A DNA stretch of 24,422 bases from Oligoflexus sp. (GCA_041736305.1 JBGSTX010000133.1:1-24422); one strand, 5' to 3'; positions 1 through 9,810 are shown, numbered from the stretch's first letter. The notes: generated by a model not told the origin, from the sequence alone. Made by a program: numbers and translations.

Positions 1-1466
1 ACGTTCGCATCGACCGCCATTCCTAGCGTGAGGATAAATCCGGCGAATCCAGGCAGCGTCAGAGCAAAGCCGAAGCTAGCCATCAAAGCCAGGAGAAGTA
101 TAGCGTTGAGCACCAGAGCTACGCAGGACAAAAAGCCGGGACGTTTGTAATACCAGGTGATGAAGACAAGTACGCCGATGAGGCCGACGAGAACGGAGAA
201 TACACCCTGATTCGCCAACTCTGGCCCGAGTGTCGCACCTACCTGCCGCTCTTCAAGGATAGTTATAGGAGCCGGGAGCGCACCTGAACGAAGGATCAAG
301 GCCAGCTGCTGCGCATCAGTCTCTATTTCTTGACGTGGCTTATCGGAACCGAGCGTAATCTGTGCGCTACCACCTGCGATTTGTGTCTGAATAACCGGAT
401 CGGAAACGATCACCTCATCGAGAACGATAGCCATTCTCTTACCGACGTTGGCACCGGTGACATCACCGAAACGCTTGCCGCCCGTGGCGGTGAATTTCAA
501 AGAGACTACCGGCCGCTGATCCATGGAGTTCGGATCGAAGGTGACGTTAGCGTCGAGAACATCTTCCCCGGAAAGCTCGGTAGCAGCTTTCAAGACGTGA
601 GCTGTATATCGGGTCTTTTTACCGGACGCTAAGAGCGTCTCTTCAAACAAGAGTTCTCTACCCTCGGGGACCAGTCCTTTGGTAGCTTCAAGTATAGCTG
701 GCTTGTTTTCAGAAATGAGTACGGAAGCGCCTTGGTTTCCTCGACGTTCTAGAGTCACGCCTTCCGGGAGTTTCCCGGCCAAAGTATCGAAGCCTTTGAA
801 TTCCTCATCGACCATTTTGAACTTGAGCTGCGCGGTACGACCTAAGAGTTCTCGAGCCTTTTCCGGATCTTTAAAACCTGGGAGCTGCACCATGATCGAC
901 TTGTCTGCGCGGCGGTTGATCGAAGGTTCCGACACGCCCCACTTGTCGATCCGGCTCCGCACCACCCGCTCGGCCTGCTCGAGGGCACCATCGCGGATGC
1001 GAGATATCTCACTATCCTTGAATTTAAAGTCTAAGGTGCGCCCGTTGCTGCCTACCCGCTCCAGATCAGGATGTTCTTTGCTAAGTTCTTCGCGGAATGC
1101 GCCCGGATCAACTCCCTCTTCGAGAGTGATGCGAAGGGTCTGCTCACCGCGTTGGGCATAGGCTTCCTGCACTTTCTTGCCCGACTGATTCGCCCAGCGC
1201 GAAATTTCCGTTCCCATGCGACTCAAACGGTTATCCACCGCCGCTTCGGTGTCGACACCCAAGACGAGCTGCACACCGCCTTGCAGATCGAGCCCCAATT
1301 TAATGTGCTTTTTTGGCAACCACTTGGGAATAGCCTTATCCAGCTCCGCTTGATCATTGCGACTGTCTTTAGGCATGGAAAAGTAGATGATCGTCGGAGA
1401 GATGTAATACAAAGCTCCGAGAGTGATCAGGAGGACCAAGAGGGCGCGCGTTCGCAGGGACTTCAT
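1..1466 (-). CDS. secD: Protein translocase subunit SecD (3' end beyond window)
   Basis: Manual minus-strand translation from ATG 1466 (GGAG upstream; alternative in-frame ATG 1478): MKSLRTRALLVLLITLG...IKLGLDLQGGVQLVL...LALILRSGALPAPITILEERQVGATLGPE...ALTLPGFAGFILTLGMAVDANV. LGLDLxGG, LRSGALPAP and GMAVDANV are SecD signatures. Confidence 0.97.
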   Translation of the reverse strand, partial: MKSLRTRALLVLLITLGALYYISPTIIYFSMPKDSRNDQAELDKAIPKWLPKKHIKLGLDLQGGVQLVLGVDTEAAVDNRLSRMGTEISRWANQSGKKVQEAYAQRGEQTLRITLEEGVDPGAFREELSKEHPDLERVGSNGRTLDFKFKDSEISRIRDGALEQAERVVRSRIDKWGVSEPSINRRADKSIMVQLPGFKDPEKARELLGRTAQLKFKMVDEEFKGFDTLAGKLPEGVTLERRGNQGASVLISENKPAILEATKGLVPEGRELLFEETLLASGKKTRYTAHVLKAATELSGEDVLDANVTFDPNSMDQRPVVSLKFTATGGKRFGDVTGANVGKRMAIVLDEVIVSDPVIQTQIAGGSAQITLGSDKPRQEIETDAQQLALILRSGALPAPITILEERQVGATLGPELANQGVFSVLVGLIGVLVFITWYYKRPGFLSCVALVLNAILLLALMASFGFALTLPGFAGFILTLGMAVDAN

Positions 1467-1793
1467 GCCTCGCTCCATGGCAAACTTATTAACCTAGGGC
1501 ACCGCACATAGGGTGACCGTTACAGATACCTTGCCTACGTGTAAGTGTCAGCCGTTTTTTCGGGAGTAACGCTGTCGCGCCAACCCCTAACTTTTGCTGC
1601 CAACATCGGCATTTCTTCGTCAGTGCCTAACAAGTCTGGCAAAGCCTGAGCAGATTGTCCACGTCCAAGCGTCAAAGGCGCTGCTGTCTTTGCAGCCGAC
1701 CTCTATTTTTCTGGCAAAGCCTTGTCAATTGGGCTTGGTACAGAGCGAGCCCACCTCGGCGTGATCTCTCGGGCAGAGGAGATTTCTCGCGAG

Positions 1794-1822
1794 TTGCCCC
1801 TCGCCCTAAGCTGCGTTATAGT
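1794..1822 (+). promoter_or_regulatory. Putative sigma70-type promoter of the oxidoreductase gene
   Basis: TTGCCC (1794-1799), 17 nt spacer, TATAGT (1817-1822), ending 37 nt before ATG 1860. Confidence 0.45.
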
Positions 1823-1859
1823 GCAGCGCCTGAGTACCATGAGACGTAAAGGACTGAGC

Positions 1860-2633
1860 ATGCAAGAGCTAGCTCCCCCCCGCCGCAAAAAAGGTTGGAT
1901 GAATCTGAAAGTCACGCGTCTGGTCGAAGAGACCTGGGACACCAAGACTCTTTATCTCGAAGATGCTGAGGAAGGCTCCTGTCCCTTTGATTACATCGCG
2001 GGTCAGTATCTGACCTTCCGCTTCGATGATATCGCCGAACGCGCGGTGGCTCGTTCCTATACGATGTCGAGCTCACCTTCGCAAAAAGGTTTTGCAGCCG
2101 TTACGATTAAACGGGTGCCCAAGGGCCTCGTCAGCAACTGGCTCTGCGATCAGGTACAGGTTGGTAGTGTTTTAAAGGCCCGCGGTCCTATCGGCAAATT
2201 CGTGTTCGATTCAGCACTCTGTCGACCTCACCTGCTGATGGTAGGCGCAGGCAGCGGCGTCACTCCCTTTATTAGTATCATGCGTGAATACGCCGACAAG
2301 CTGGGGCAAGCAGGGGCACCCCGCGAGATGACTCTCCTAGTCGCTTACCGCTCGCGAGAAGATCTGATCTCTTGGAAGGAAATTGAGGAGCTGAGGCGAG
2401 TTCCCGGCGTGCGCATAGTCTGCACTCTCACGCGTGAAGACATGCGTTCCGAAGGCTTCCTCTATGGTCGTCCCGATGAGGCGATGCTCGCCCAGGTCTT
2501 TGAAGGTAACTACGCAGACTCCACTTATATGACCTGCGGTCCGGATGCGATGATGCATCTGGTGGTCGATTTTGTGAAAAGACAGGGGGTGCCGGCCGAG
2601 CACGCAATGATGGAATCCTTCGGCAACGGCTGA
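1860..2633 (+). CDS. FAD/NAD(P)-binding oxidoreductase, ferredoxin-NADP reductase (FNR)-like family, no 2Fe-2S domain
   Basis: Motifs RSYTMSS (FAD), GLVSNWL, GAGSGVTPF (NAD), YMTCGP and terminal ESF. Start moved from 1722 to ATG 1860, which has AAAGGA upstream. Confidence 0.9.
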   Translation: MQELAPPRRKKGWMNLKVTRLVEETWDTKTLYLEDAEEGSCPFDYIAGQYLTFRFDDIAERAVARSYTMSSSPSQKGFAAVTIKRVPKGLVSNWLCDQVQVGSVLKARGPIGKFVFDSALCRPHLLMVGAGSGVTPFISIMREYADKLGQAGAPREMTLLVAYRSREDLISWKEIEELRRVPGVRIVCTLTREDMRSEGFLYGRPDEAMLAQVFEGNYADSTYMTCGPDAMMHLVVDFVKRQGVPAEHAMMESFGNG

Positions 2634-2641
2634 AAGCTATC

Positions 2642-4369
2642 TCAATTTGCTTTTTCCGGCCCAAACACCAAGACATCCTGTCGCGGTTCCACCCACTCTG
2701 GTGAGTAATGAGGCTGGGGAAAGGCCGCACGGGCTTTCACTTCCCTAGCTTCCTCAATAGCCTTATCTCTTTTTTCAGGATCGATGCCATGCGAACGCTC
2801 GAGATAAACAGTGGACGAAGCAAAGGCGAAATCGGTGCCACAGTCGCTGACGATCTGCATAACTTTCAGGTTTAGGTCTTCAATTACTGCTAGATACATG
2901 TTGTAGTCGCTGGTGCTGATGAAGCTAAAGATTTCGATATCAAGGCTAGATGCACCCAGCCTCACGAAGCGTACCCGGGCGGGATCATTCATAACCATCG
3001 GATGGCCTATAAGCAGCTCTTTCAGCCGCATCAGGAGCAGGCGCATTTGATCTGGTTTCGTATCGTAGCGAATGCTGAGCGTTGGCGCCCAACGGATCTT
3101 ATCGCGTCTTTCAAAATTCTCAATTTTTATGAGTGAGAACTCAGCATTTGGAATCGTCACGAGAGTGCGATCAAGCGTACGCACTTTGGTCGATCTCAGA
3201 CCAATATCTTCGACTGTCCCAATCACATCTCCAAAACGTCCGGTATCACCGACTCGAACCGGCTGATCCAAGAGGACCGAAATTCCGCCGAAGAGATTCT
3301 CTATCGTCTTCTGACCAGCGAGAGCGATAGCCAAACCACCGACGCCGAGACCGGCAATGATTGCAGTCACATCGAATCCAAGTCCCCGGAAAAGCCAGAT
3401 GAGAGCTATCGCGACGACGAGAACTTTGCCGCCCTTTTGAATCGGCTGCAGCATCCCACTCGCTGCAGATTTTCCCTGCCGTTCAAAATTCCTACGCGAG
3501 AGTTCGATCAAGGCTTCCACCAGGCGCATACCGAGAAAAGCCAGTGCTAGGGCGAGGACTATACCTTCGAAGTAAAGCAATGATTGCCGCGTATTGAGCT
3601 TGAGTTCGAGAAAGGAGTGAGCGAGCTTAAAGACCAGGAGGCCGGTCAGCCAACGCAGCGGCGGCACGAAACGCTTCAGAGTGCGGCTACTGAGGAATAT
3701 CTTATAGCGACGCGTCGCGAAATTTGTCAGCTTGATCAGAATAAACGCCAACAGACGAGAAATGACAAAGGCCAAGACGATACTGACGAGGAGCCCGGTC
3801 CATTGCCAGGCCTTCACGCCGAGCAGAGAATTTTCCACTAGAAAAAGAGGCAAGCGCGCCTCGATCCGATCGCCCGGCAGCTGCTCTGCCATGGCTGGGA
3901 TCTTGTCCATAAACTCCGGAGCAAAACGCCAGACTTTGCGATCCTCATCAGCCAGAACACCCCGCCGCAGTTCAATGGGAATGGTCTGACCATTCAGTTT
4001 TATTTGCCCAATGATTTCAGCATCCGGCAAGAGCCCATCGATCGTACGCCCAGACGCTAGATCCGAAATATCGGCAATATCAATCTGGCCTTTTTTATTG
4101 AGAACATCCATGAGCTGACGAACTAGATTCCTCTGCCGCTGCTGGTTCATTCGCCGCGGAAACTCGACGAAACTGATCGCCCCCTCGACGTCGTCGCGTT
4201 TCATGAGATCGAGGAACTGTCGCATCATAAAGCGAGGCGATTCTGTGCTGCCTTCCTTGCTGGACGCACTGCTGCTCTCAGGCAGGGACTGAGCCTGGAC
4301 CATCGGGACCAGCTTAGACGCATAGAAGCAAGTGCTGAGTAGCAGAAGCAAAAGTCTCCAAGCGCGCAT
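2642..4369 (-). CDS. MscS-family small-conductance mechanosensitive channel with N-terminal periplasmic domain
   Basis: Signal peptide, several TM segments, AGLGVGGLAIALAGQKTIENLFGG, PVRVGD, GTVEDIGLRSTKVRTLDRTLVTIPNA. Confidence 0.95.
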   Translation of the reverse strand: MRAWRLLLLLLSTCFYASKLVPMVQAQSLPESSSASSKEGSTESPRFMMRQFLDLMKRDDVEGAISFVEFPRRMNQQRQRNLVRQLMDVLNKKGQIDIADISDLASGRTIDGLLPDAEIIGQIKLNGQTIPIELRRGVLADEDRKVWRFAPEFMDKIPAMAEQLPGDRIEARLPLFLVENSLLGVKAWQWTGLLVSIVLAFVISRLLAFILIKLTNFATRRYKIFLSSRTLKRFVPPLRWLTGLLVFKLAHSFLELKLNTRQSLLYFEGIVLALALAFLGMRLVEALIELSRRNFERQGKSAASGMLQPIQKGGKVLVVAIALIWLFRGLGFDVTAIIAGLGVGGLAIALAGQKTIENLFGGISVLLDQPVRVGDTGRFGDVIGTVEDIGLRSTKVRTLDRTLVTIPNAEFSLIKIENFERRDKIRWAPTLSIRYDTKPDQMRLLLMRLKELLIGHPMVMNDPARVRFVRLGASSLDIEIFSFISTSDYNMYLAVIEDLNLKVMQIVSDCGTDFAFASSTVYLERSHGIDPEKRDKAIEEAREVKARAAFPQPHYSPEWVEPRQDVLVFGPEKAN

Positions 4370-4573
4370 GATCGGCCTTTCCTAACTCAAGACGGTTGAC
4401 TGTATCGCGGCGGCGCTCTTCGTTCTGTGAGATTCTTCCCGGCCCGCCCGTGCAAATTTTTTTAGCCTTCACGGAGGTAGGATGCCCGACCAAGGCGGCG
4501 AAATCTAGCCGAATAATTTTCTCCCTCAGCAAGGTGAGTGTTCTGTAAGGCCCGTGCGACAGCGTTCTGAGAC

Positions 4574-4602
4574 TTGCATGTTTGACGCTGGCTTCGTATC
4601 AT
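4574..4602 (+). promoter_or_regulatory. Putative sigma70-type promoter for the DUF1592/DUF1552 operon
   Basis: TTGCAT (4574-4579), 17 nt spacer, TATCAT (4597-4602). Confidence 0.4.
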
Positions 4603-4684
4603 TGTGGATACTTTCCAAAAAGGCAAAGAGAGACAGCTTCCATCACATCGCTGCTACACACGCGGCGGAGAGGAGACTTTGGCT

Positions 4685-6343
4685 ATGATCCATCTCGGGA
4701 TCGTCAGTAGGATTTTGCTCGGTTTCGCTTTATTTGGGGGACTCGCCTGCAATGAAGAGGCTCCCTTATCACATTCTCAGGCACTTGCGCCGAAGATTGA
4801 GACCAGAGCGCTGAGTCACAAGAAAATTCTCGATAAAATCTTCGCGCCCAGCAGCGAATGCTCTGCAGACGCTGGCAGCGTAGCCGTCCAGCTGCGCCGC
4901 CTGACTCGCCATGAGCTGCGGCTCAGCGTCGAAAATTTATTTAATCTAAATCTTGATATCGAAAAAGATCTACCACCAGACGAAAGCGTCTTCGGTTTCA
5001 AGAACAATTCTTCGCTCAATCTGGTGAGCATCGATCACGCGGTTGCCTATGCGCGGGTCGCCGATAAGATCGCGCTCGCAGTTTTAGATAAGGGCCTCAT
5101 GACGGAGCTTGCTTGCAGCGAAGCAGACGGTCAGGCATGCGCCAGCCGCCTCATTCAGGAATGGGGTCCCCGTATCTGGCGACGCCCTTTGAGCAATGCA
5201 GAGATTCCAGCTCTTGAAAACGTCTATGCAATCGGTGCGGAAGCCGGAATCAAAAATGGTCTACAGCTGACCCTGCGGGCCCTGCTCACCGCACCAGCCT
5301 TTCTCTATCGCTCCGAAATAGGTAAAGATGGCAAGCTCGACCCCTACGAGTGGGCTAGCGCGCTTTCTTATTTCTTCTGGTCGAGTGGGCCTGATGCCGA
5401 GCTCTTGGCGAAAGCAGCTGATGGCTCTCTCCTCAACGATCAGGTCCTGGCTCAAGAAGTACAGCGATTGCTCGCAAGCCCGCGCGCCAAGGAAGGTTTG
5501 AAGTCTTTTGTGGACAGTTGGACCGGCTATTCCCAGGTTCTACAGGTAAGCAAAGACATGAGCCGCTTTCCTCAGTTCAATTCTGAGACTCGCGTGCAAC
5601 TCGCTCGGGAAACGGAAGATTTTTTCGATCATGTCGTCCGGAGTTCAAATGGCAGTCTCCAGGATCTTCTCCTCGCCGACTACAGCCTAGGCGATCAGAC
5701 CCTCGCTGCTTACTATCAAGTCCCTTGGGAATCAGCCAGCGGGCGCCTCGACTTCTCAGCTCAAGAACGTCGCGGAATCCTCGGCCACGCCAGCATTCTA
5801 GCTTCTCTCTCCTACGCTCACGAAACGCACCCTATCAAGCGCGGGACCTTCATCAGAGAACACATACTCTGCGAAGAACTCTTGCCACCGCCTCCAACGC
5901 TTATGATACAGCCGCCACCGCCTAAAGAAGGTGCCACGACTCGAGAGCGCTTTGCAGCGCATACCGCCCAACCCGTTTGCAAGGGCTGTCACATCAGAAT
6001 TGATGGCGTCGGCTTTGGAATGGAAGACTTCGATGCCATCGGAATGCTGCGCACCAAGGATAATAACAAAGCGGTAGATAGTTCGGGCGAACTTTTCGAT
6101 GTCGATGGGCAGACGCGCACCTACCAAGGCGGGCGTCAACTGACCGAACTTCTTGGAAAGTCGGAGCGAGTCGAACGCTGTTTTGCACTGCAATGGTTCC
6201 GTCAGGCCTATGGTCGGGTTGAAAGCGAAGCGGATATCTGCACGATCCGTTCACTGGGCAGTGAATTCCATGCAGGAATGAGCATCCGTGATCTGATGGT
6301 CAAGGTCATCACCCACCCTTCTTATCGCCACAGGAGCCTCTGA
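4685..6343 (+). CDS. DUF1587/DUF1595/DUF1592/DUF1588/DUF1585 domain protein, predicted lipoprotein with a CxxCH motif
   Basis: LRRLTRHEL (DUF1587), IWRRPLS (DUF1595), LDPYEWASALSYFFWSSGPDAELL (DUF1592), RRGILGHAS..THPIKRG..TTRERFAAH..CKGCHIRIDGVGFGMEDFDAIG (DUF1588). Lipobox-like GLAC after a hydrophobic stretch. Start ATG 4685 has AGGAG upstream. Confidence 0.9.
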   Translation: MIHLGIVSRILLGFALFGGLACNEEAPLSHSQALAPKIETRALSHKKILDKIFAPSSECSADAGSVAVQLRRLTRHELRLSVENLFNLNLDIEKDLPPDESVFGFKNNSSLNLVSIDHAVAYARVADKIALAVLDKGLMTELACSEADGQACASRLIQEWGPRIWRRPLSNAEIPALENVYAIGAEAGIKNGLQLTLRALLTAPAFLYRSEIGKDGKLDPYEWASALSYFFWSSGPDAELLAKAADGSLLNDQVLAQEVQRLLASPRAKEGLKSFVDSWTGYSQVLQVSKDMSRFPQFNSETRVQLARETEDFFDHVVRSSNGSLQDLLLADYSLGDQTLAAYYQVPWESASGRLDFSAQERRGILGHASILASLSYAHETHPIKRGTFIREHILCEELLPPPPTLMIQPPPPKEGATTRERFAAHTAQPVCKGCHIRIDGVGFGMEDFDAIGMLRTKDNNKAVDSSGELFDVDGQTRTYQGGRQLTELLGKSERVERCFALQWFRQAYGRVESEADICTIRSLGSEFHAGMSIRDLMVKVITHPSYRHRSL

Positions 6344-6344
6344 G

Positions 6345-7688
6345 ATGAAAATTTGGAAACGAACTCTCGACCGCCGCCAACTCATGTCTAGCTTTGGTTC
6401 TGCGGCGATTGTCCTCCCCTTCATGCGCGTCCTCGAAGAGGAGCAGCTGCTGGCCGCGACATCGCAGCCTCGCGCAATATTCTGGTACTTCCCTGACGGC
6501 ATTATCAAACCCCTCTTTCATCCTGAAGGAAGCGGCAGTGACTTCACTTTTCCGACGATGACCCGCCCCCTCGATCGCGTTAGAAGCGACGTGACGATGA
6601 TCAAAAACGTCAATTATCGGGCCGAAGGCAGTCACGAGGGTGGTGGTGCCTACTGTCTAACCGGTCTTCCGGAGTCGAAGAAAGGCATTTCCATCGACAC
6701 CTTTCTCGGCCAAGCTTTCCAGGCAAGCTCTCAGCTGCCCGTCCTTCGCCTCGGCATCGGCGCCAATTTTCAAAAGAATAGTTCGATCTCCTTCTTTGCT
6801 CCAGGTGTCCCCGCTCTGGTTGAAGATCATCCGCTCAAGGCTTTTTATCAGATCTTCGGTGCTACGAGCGGCGATGTCGATCCCGCCACCAAAGATCGGA
6901 TAGTCCGCGGCGAGAAAAGCATACTCGACCTGAGTCTTCTCCAGCTGAAAAGTCTCGAGAATCAGTTGGGAGCAAATGAGAAGCAAAAGCTGCAGGTTCA
7001 CGTTGAAGCGCTGCGGGAACTGGAGCGCCGCGTTCAGGATGCAGGCCAGATCGGAGGTCAGCGTCTCCCTCAATGCACAGCGTCTGTCGACTGGCGGGGC
7101 ATGAGTTTCCCCGATAACGATTACAACTACCCGACTATGGAACATCGCAACGAACACTTTGGAACAGTGGGAAGCATCATGAGCGACCTCGGCGTCCAAG
7201 CCCTGGCTTGTGGTGTGACGCGAGTGCTTCTGCTCCAGTGGTCGCATCCGGTGAGTCCGACTCAGTTTGATTTCCCCGGTGCTGTATCTATCAGCCGCGG
7301 GCATCACGATACTTCCCATTACGGTGGTGATCCTGCTAGCTCCTATGCTAGTGATTTTGCTGCTTGCCAAGCTTGGTATATGGAAAAACTCGCACAGTTG
7401 ATCGAACAGCTGAAGGGTATCAAGATGGGAGACAAGAGCCTCCTTCATCATTCAGCCTTGCTGGCACTCACTGAAATTGCTGACTCCAATCTTCACGACT
7501 TTACTAACGTAGCTTTGGTGATGGCTGGACAAGCCGGTGGAAAACTCAAGAGCGGCATCTGTCTCGATGGACGCGGAGCCAGTCACAATCAAGTGCTGGT
7601 CAGCGTTCTTCAGGCAATGGGGCTCAATGAAGATAGTTTCGGCGATCCCCAGCTGGGAATGGGATCGCTGCCTGGACTTTTGAGCTGA
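6345..7688 (+). CDS. DUF1552 domain-containing protein
   Basis: N-terminal LDRRQLM..IVLPFM, FWYFPDG, SIDTFLG, EKQKLQVHVEALRELERRV, ALACGVTRV, HHDTSH, MAGQAGG. Starts 1 nt after the DUF1592 gene, the usual partner arrangement. Confidence 0.9.
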   Translation: MKIWKRTLDRRQLMSSFGSAAIVLPFMRVLEEEQLLAATSQPRAIFWYFPDGIIKPLFHPEGSGSDFTFPTMTRPLDRVRSDVTMIKNVNYRAEGSHEGGGAYCLTGLPESKKGISIDTFLGQAFQASSQLPVLRLGIGANFQKNSSISFFAPGVPALVEDHPLKAFYQIFGATSGDVDPATKDRIVRGEKSILDLSLLQLKSLENQLGANEKQKLQVHVEALRELERRVQDAGQIGGQRLPQCTASVDWRGMSFPDNDYNYPTMEHRNEHFGTVGSIMSDLGVQALACGVTRVLLLQWSHPVSPTQFDFPGAVSISRGHHDTSHYGGDPASSYASDFAACQAWYMEKLAQLIEQLKGIKMGDKSLLHHSALLALTEIADSNLHDFTNVALVMAGQAGGKLKSGICLDGRGASHNQVLVSVLQAMGLNEDSFGDPQLGMGSLPGLLS

Positions 7689-7701
7689 ATGGATCAAGAA
7701 C

Positions 7702-8184
7702 CTAAGGGACGATAGCTTTCAGACGCCATCCTAGTGGGTCATGCATAGCTTCGGCCCACGTTGCATCCTTGTGTTCAAGCAACGCAGCTTCTGCGGTACC
7801 AAGATTTAATGGTGTCCCGCAAAGCTGCGTTGCTGTATCAGACCAGCAAGGATTGTGTCCAACGAGTAGCAGCGTTGATACCGTGTCATCGATTTCGCAG
7901 CAGCGCAAAATAAGCCCTTCAGGTTCTGCCAAATAGAGCAGACTTAAAATCTTCGCTTCGACCCCAGTAAAATCTCCGGCTCGAATAAGCGCCTTTAGGG
8001 TCATGCTTGCACGCAAAGCGTCACTGCAGAGTATGTGATCGGGACTGAAACCACGGGCTCGTATTTCTTGGGCGCAGCGAATAGAAGCCGCAATTCCAGC
8101 TGGAGTCAGCGGTCTTTCCCTATCACTCATCATACCTTGGGCAGGTTCTGCTTCTCCGTGGCGCATCAGAATAAGTCTTCGCAT
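7702..8184 (-). CDS. sixA: SixA-like phosphohistidine phosphatase (histidine phosphatase superfamily)
   Basis: MRRLILMRHGEA (RHG motif), DRERPLT, CSDALRASMT, LLLVGHNP. Start taken at ATG 8184. Confidence 0.85.
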   Translation of the reverse strand: MRRLILMRHGEAEPAQGMMSDRERPLTPAGIAASIRCAQEIRARGFSPDHILCSDALRASMTLKALIRAGDFTGVEAKILSLLYLAEPEGLILRCCEIDDTVSTLLLVGHNPCWSDTATQLCGTPLNLGTAEAALLEHKDATWAEAMHDPLGWRLKAIVP

Positions 8185-8201
8185 GGCCAAACCTTTTTCC
8201 T

Positions 8202-9335
8202 TCAAGCGGGACAGCTTGCTTCGAGACCCTTCAGAAAGGCGTCGTTTTCTTCGGGTCTTCCTATACTCACGCGAAGACAAGCTCTTAGTCCAGGCCCACC
8301 TGAAACATTGCGTACGAGAATACCTTTTTGCACGAGACCGCGATAGACCTCTTCACAGACTTCCTGCTGGGAAAAACGCAGCAGCAGGAAGTTGGCCTTT
8401 GAGTTGATGACTTCTATGTGCAACTGCCTAGACTTGTTTTGCAAGAGGGTGAACACACGATCGCGTTCTTTCTTCGCGTTTTCGATGTTACGGCGCATGA
8501 AAACCATCATTTCCGGATCAGTAAAAATAACTTTGGCTGCTTCTACCGTGAAATGATTCAGAAGATAGGGTAGACGTAGCTTAGATAGGTTACTAATCAA
8601 ATCTGGTGAACCTAAAGCATAGCCGAGACGGATCCCTGCAGCGCCCATCGTCTTAGAGAGCGTTCTGAGAATGAGCAGATTCGCGTGCTCGCTCAATAAA
8701 TCTGTATACGGGTCATCATCAAATTCATAATAGGCTTCGTCAGCTAAAAACAAAGTCTGCGGATGAGCTTTGAGAAGTTCTTTGAAGACGTTTTTAGGCA
8801 AAGAATTGCCGGTGGGATTGTTCGGTGAAGCGAATATGACGAAGGAACCGGGAGGCAGATCCGGCAGCCGCTTCGGGTCATATTGAAAATTCTCGCCGAG
8901 ATCCCAGGTTTCATAACGAATACCGGCATACTGCGCATGCGCTTCAAACAAGGCGAAAGAAGGGCGCGTGATGACCACTTTACCTTTTAAACGTCGACCT
9001 AGAGCTTCGAGAATCAGACCAATCAAGTGGTTAGATCCCGGACTGGTCATGATATTTTCAGCTTTAACGCCCAGATAGTCAGCCAAAAGATCGTTGATCG
9101 AACTCGCCATCGGATCAGGATATCGATTCCACTCGCAGGCAGCGACGCGCTCCAGAATTTTTTGCTTCAGGTGGGGCGGCCAGTCCCAGGGGCTTTCGTT
9201 TTGATCCAACTTGACTTTGATACCCGTCGGCGTGTCGATCTTATAGGAACGAGCAGCGATGAGACTAGGTTCGAAGTATTGGCTGAGCCAGGTCCATTCA
9301 GGCTGCTTGATCGGAAGGGGAGATTTGGAACTCAT
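8202..9335 (-). CDS. hisC: Histidinol-phosphate aminotransferase family PLP enzyme
   Basis: KLDQNESP, NRYPDP, ASPNNPTGN, DEAYYEF, RTLSKTMGAAGIRLG (PLP Lys), LRVSIGRPEEND. Start trimmed to ATG 9335 to remove the overlap with trmL. Confidence 0.85.
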   Translation of the reverse strand: MSSKSPLPIKQPEWTWLSQYFEPSLIAARSYKIDTPTGIKVKLDQNESPWDWPPHLKQKILERVAACEWNRYPDPMASSINDLLADYLGVKAENIMTSPGSNHLIGLILEALGRRLKGKVVITRPSFALFEAHAQYAGIRYETWDLGENFQYDPKRLPDLPPGSFVIFASPNNPTGNSLPKNVFKELLKAHPQTLFLADEAYYEFDDDPYTDLLSEHANLLILRTLSKTMGAAGIRLGYALGSPDLISNLSKLRLPYLLNHFTVEAAKVIFTDPEMMVFMRRNIENAKKERDRVFTLLQNKSRQLHIEVINSKANFLLLRFSQQEVCEEVYRGLVQKGILVRNVSGGPGLRACLRVSIGRPEENDAFLKGLEASCPA

Positions 9336-9348
9336 AAAGCTTCTACCT

Positions 9349-9810
9349 TTAAAAGAGGCCGCGGCGACGGAGCAGGTCGTACACTGTAATCGAGACCGCA
9401 TTGGCCAGATTGAGACTGCGCACCTGATCGTGGAAGATGGGAATACGATATAGCTGCTCGGGAAAGCGCTCGTGAATATCGCTCGGCAAGCCCGAAGTTT
9501 CGCGACCGAAAATGAGCAGATCGGTGTCGAGCGGGACTTCGGTGTAAACCCGTGTTGCGAATTTCGAGAAAAAAGCGACCCGGCCCGAGAAAGGCTCAAT
9601 CAGTTGATCGATATCGTCATGGATTTCTAGATCGAGAAAGGGCCAGTAGTCGAGCCCCGGGCGACGAAGGTTTTTGTCGCTGGTGCCGAAACCCAGAGGT
9701 TTAACCAGGTGGAGACGACAGGCTGTCGCAGCCGCCAGGCGCCCTATACTACCTGTATTCTGCGGGATTTCAGGCTGAAAGAGTCCGATGTGAAGGTGTC
9801 CAGGTTTCAT
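9349..9810 (-). CDS. trmL: tRNA (cytidine(34)-2'-O)-methyltransferase, SPOUT family
   Basis: PEIPQNTGSIGR, LHLVKPLGF, LRRPGLDYW, FGRETSGLP, RIPI..VRSLNLANAV. Confidence 0.95.
   Translation of the reverse strand: MKPGHLHIGLFQPEIPQNTGSIGRLAAATACRLHLVKPLGFGTSDKNLRRPGLDYWPFLDLEIHDDIDQLIEPFSGRVAFFSKFATRVYTEVPLDTDLLIFGRETSGLPSDIHERFPEQLYRIPIFHDQVRSLNLANAVSITVYDLLRRRGLF

Noticed and set aside
330-1511. Plus-strand ORFs 330-632, 679-1161 and 1071-1511
   Set aside because: Antisense shadows of secD, which the track missed because it runs off the window edge.
1467-1859. Absence of yajC upstream of secD
   Set aside because: Separation of yajC from secDF is common across bacteria, so it is not notable alone.
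6657-7451. 264-aa minus-strand ORF
   Set aside because: Lies wholly antisense to the DUF1552 gene and has no recognisable motifs.
8185-8280. Basic N-terminal extension of sixA overlapping hisC
   Set aside because: SixA proteins begin just before the RHG motif, so ATG 8184 fits.
9336-9599. 88-aa N-terminal extension of hisC overlapping trmL
   Set aside because: No aminotransferase-like sequence; ATG 9335 gives a normal length and no overlap.
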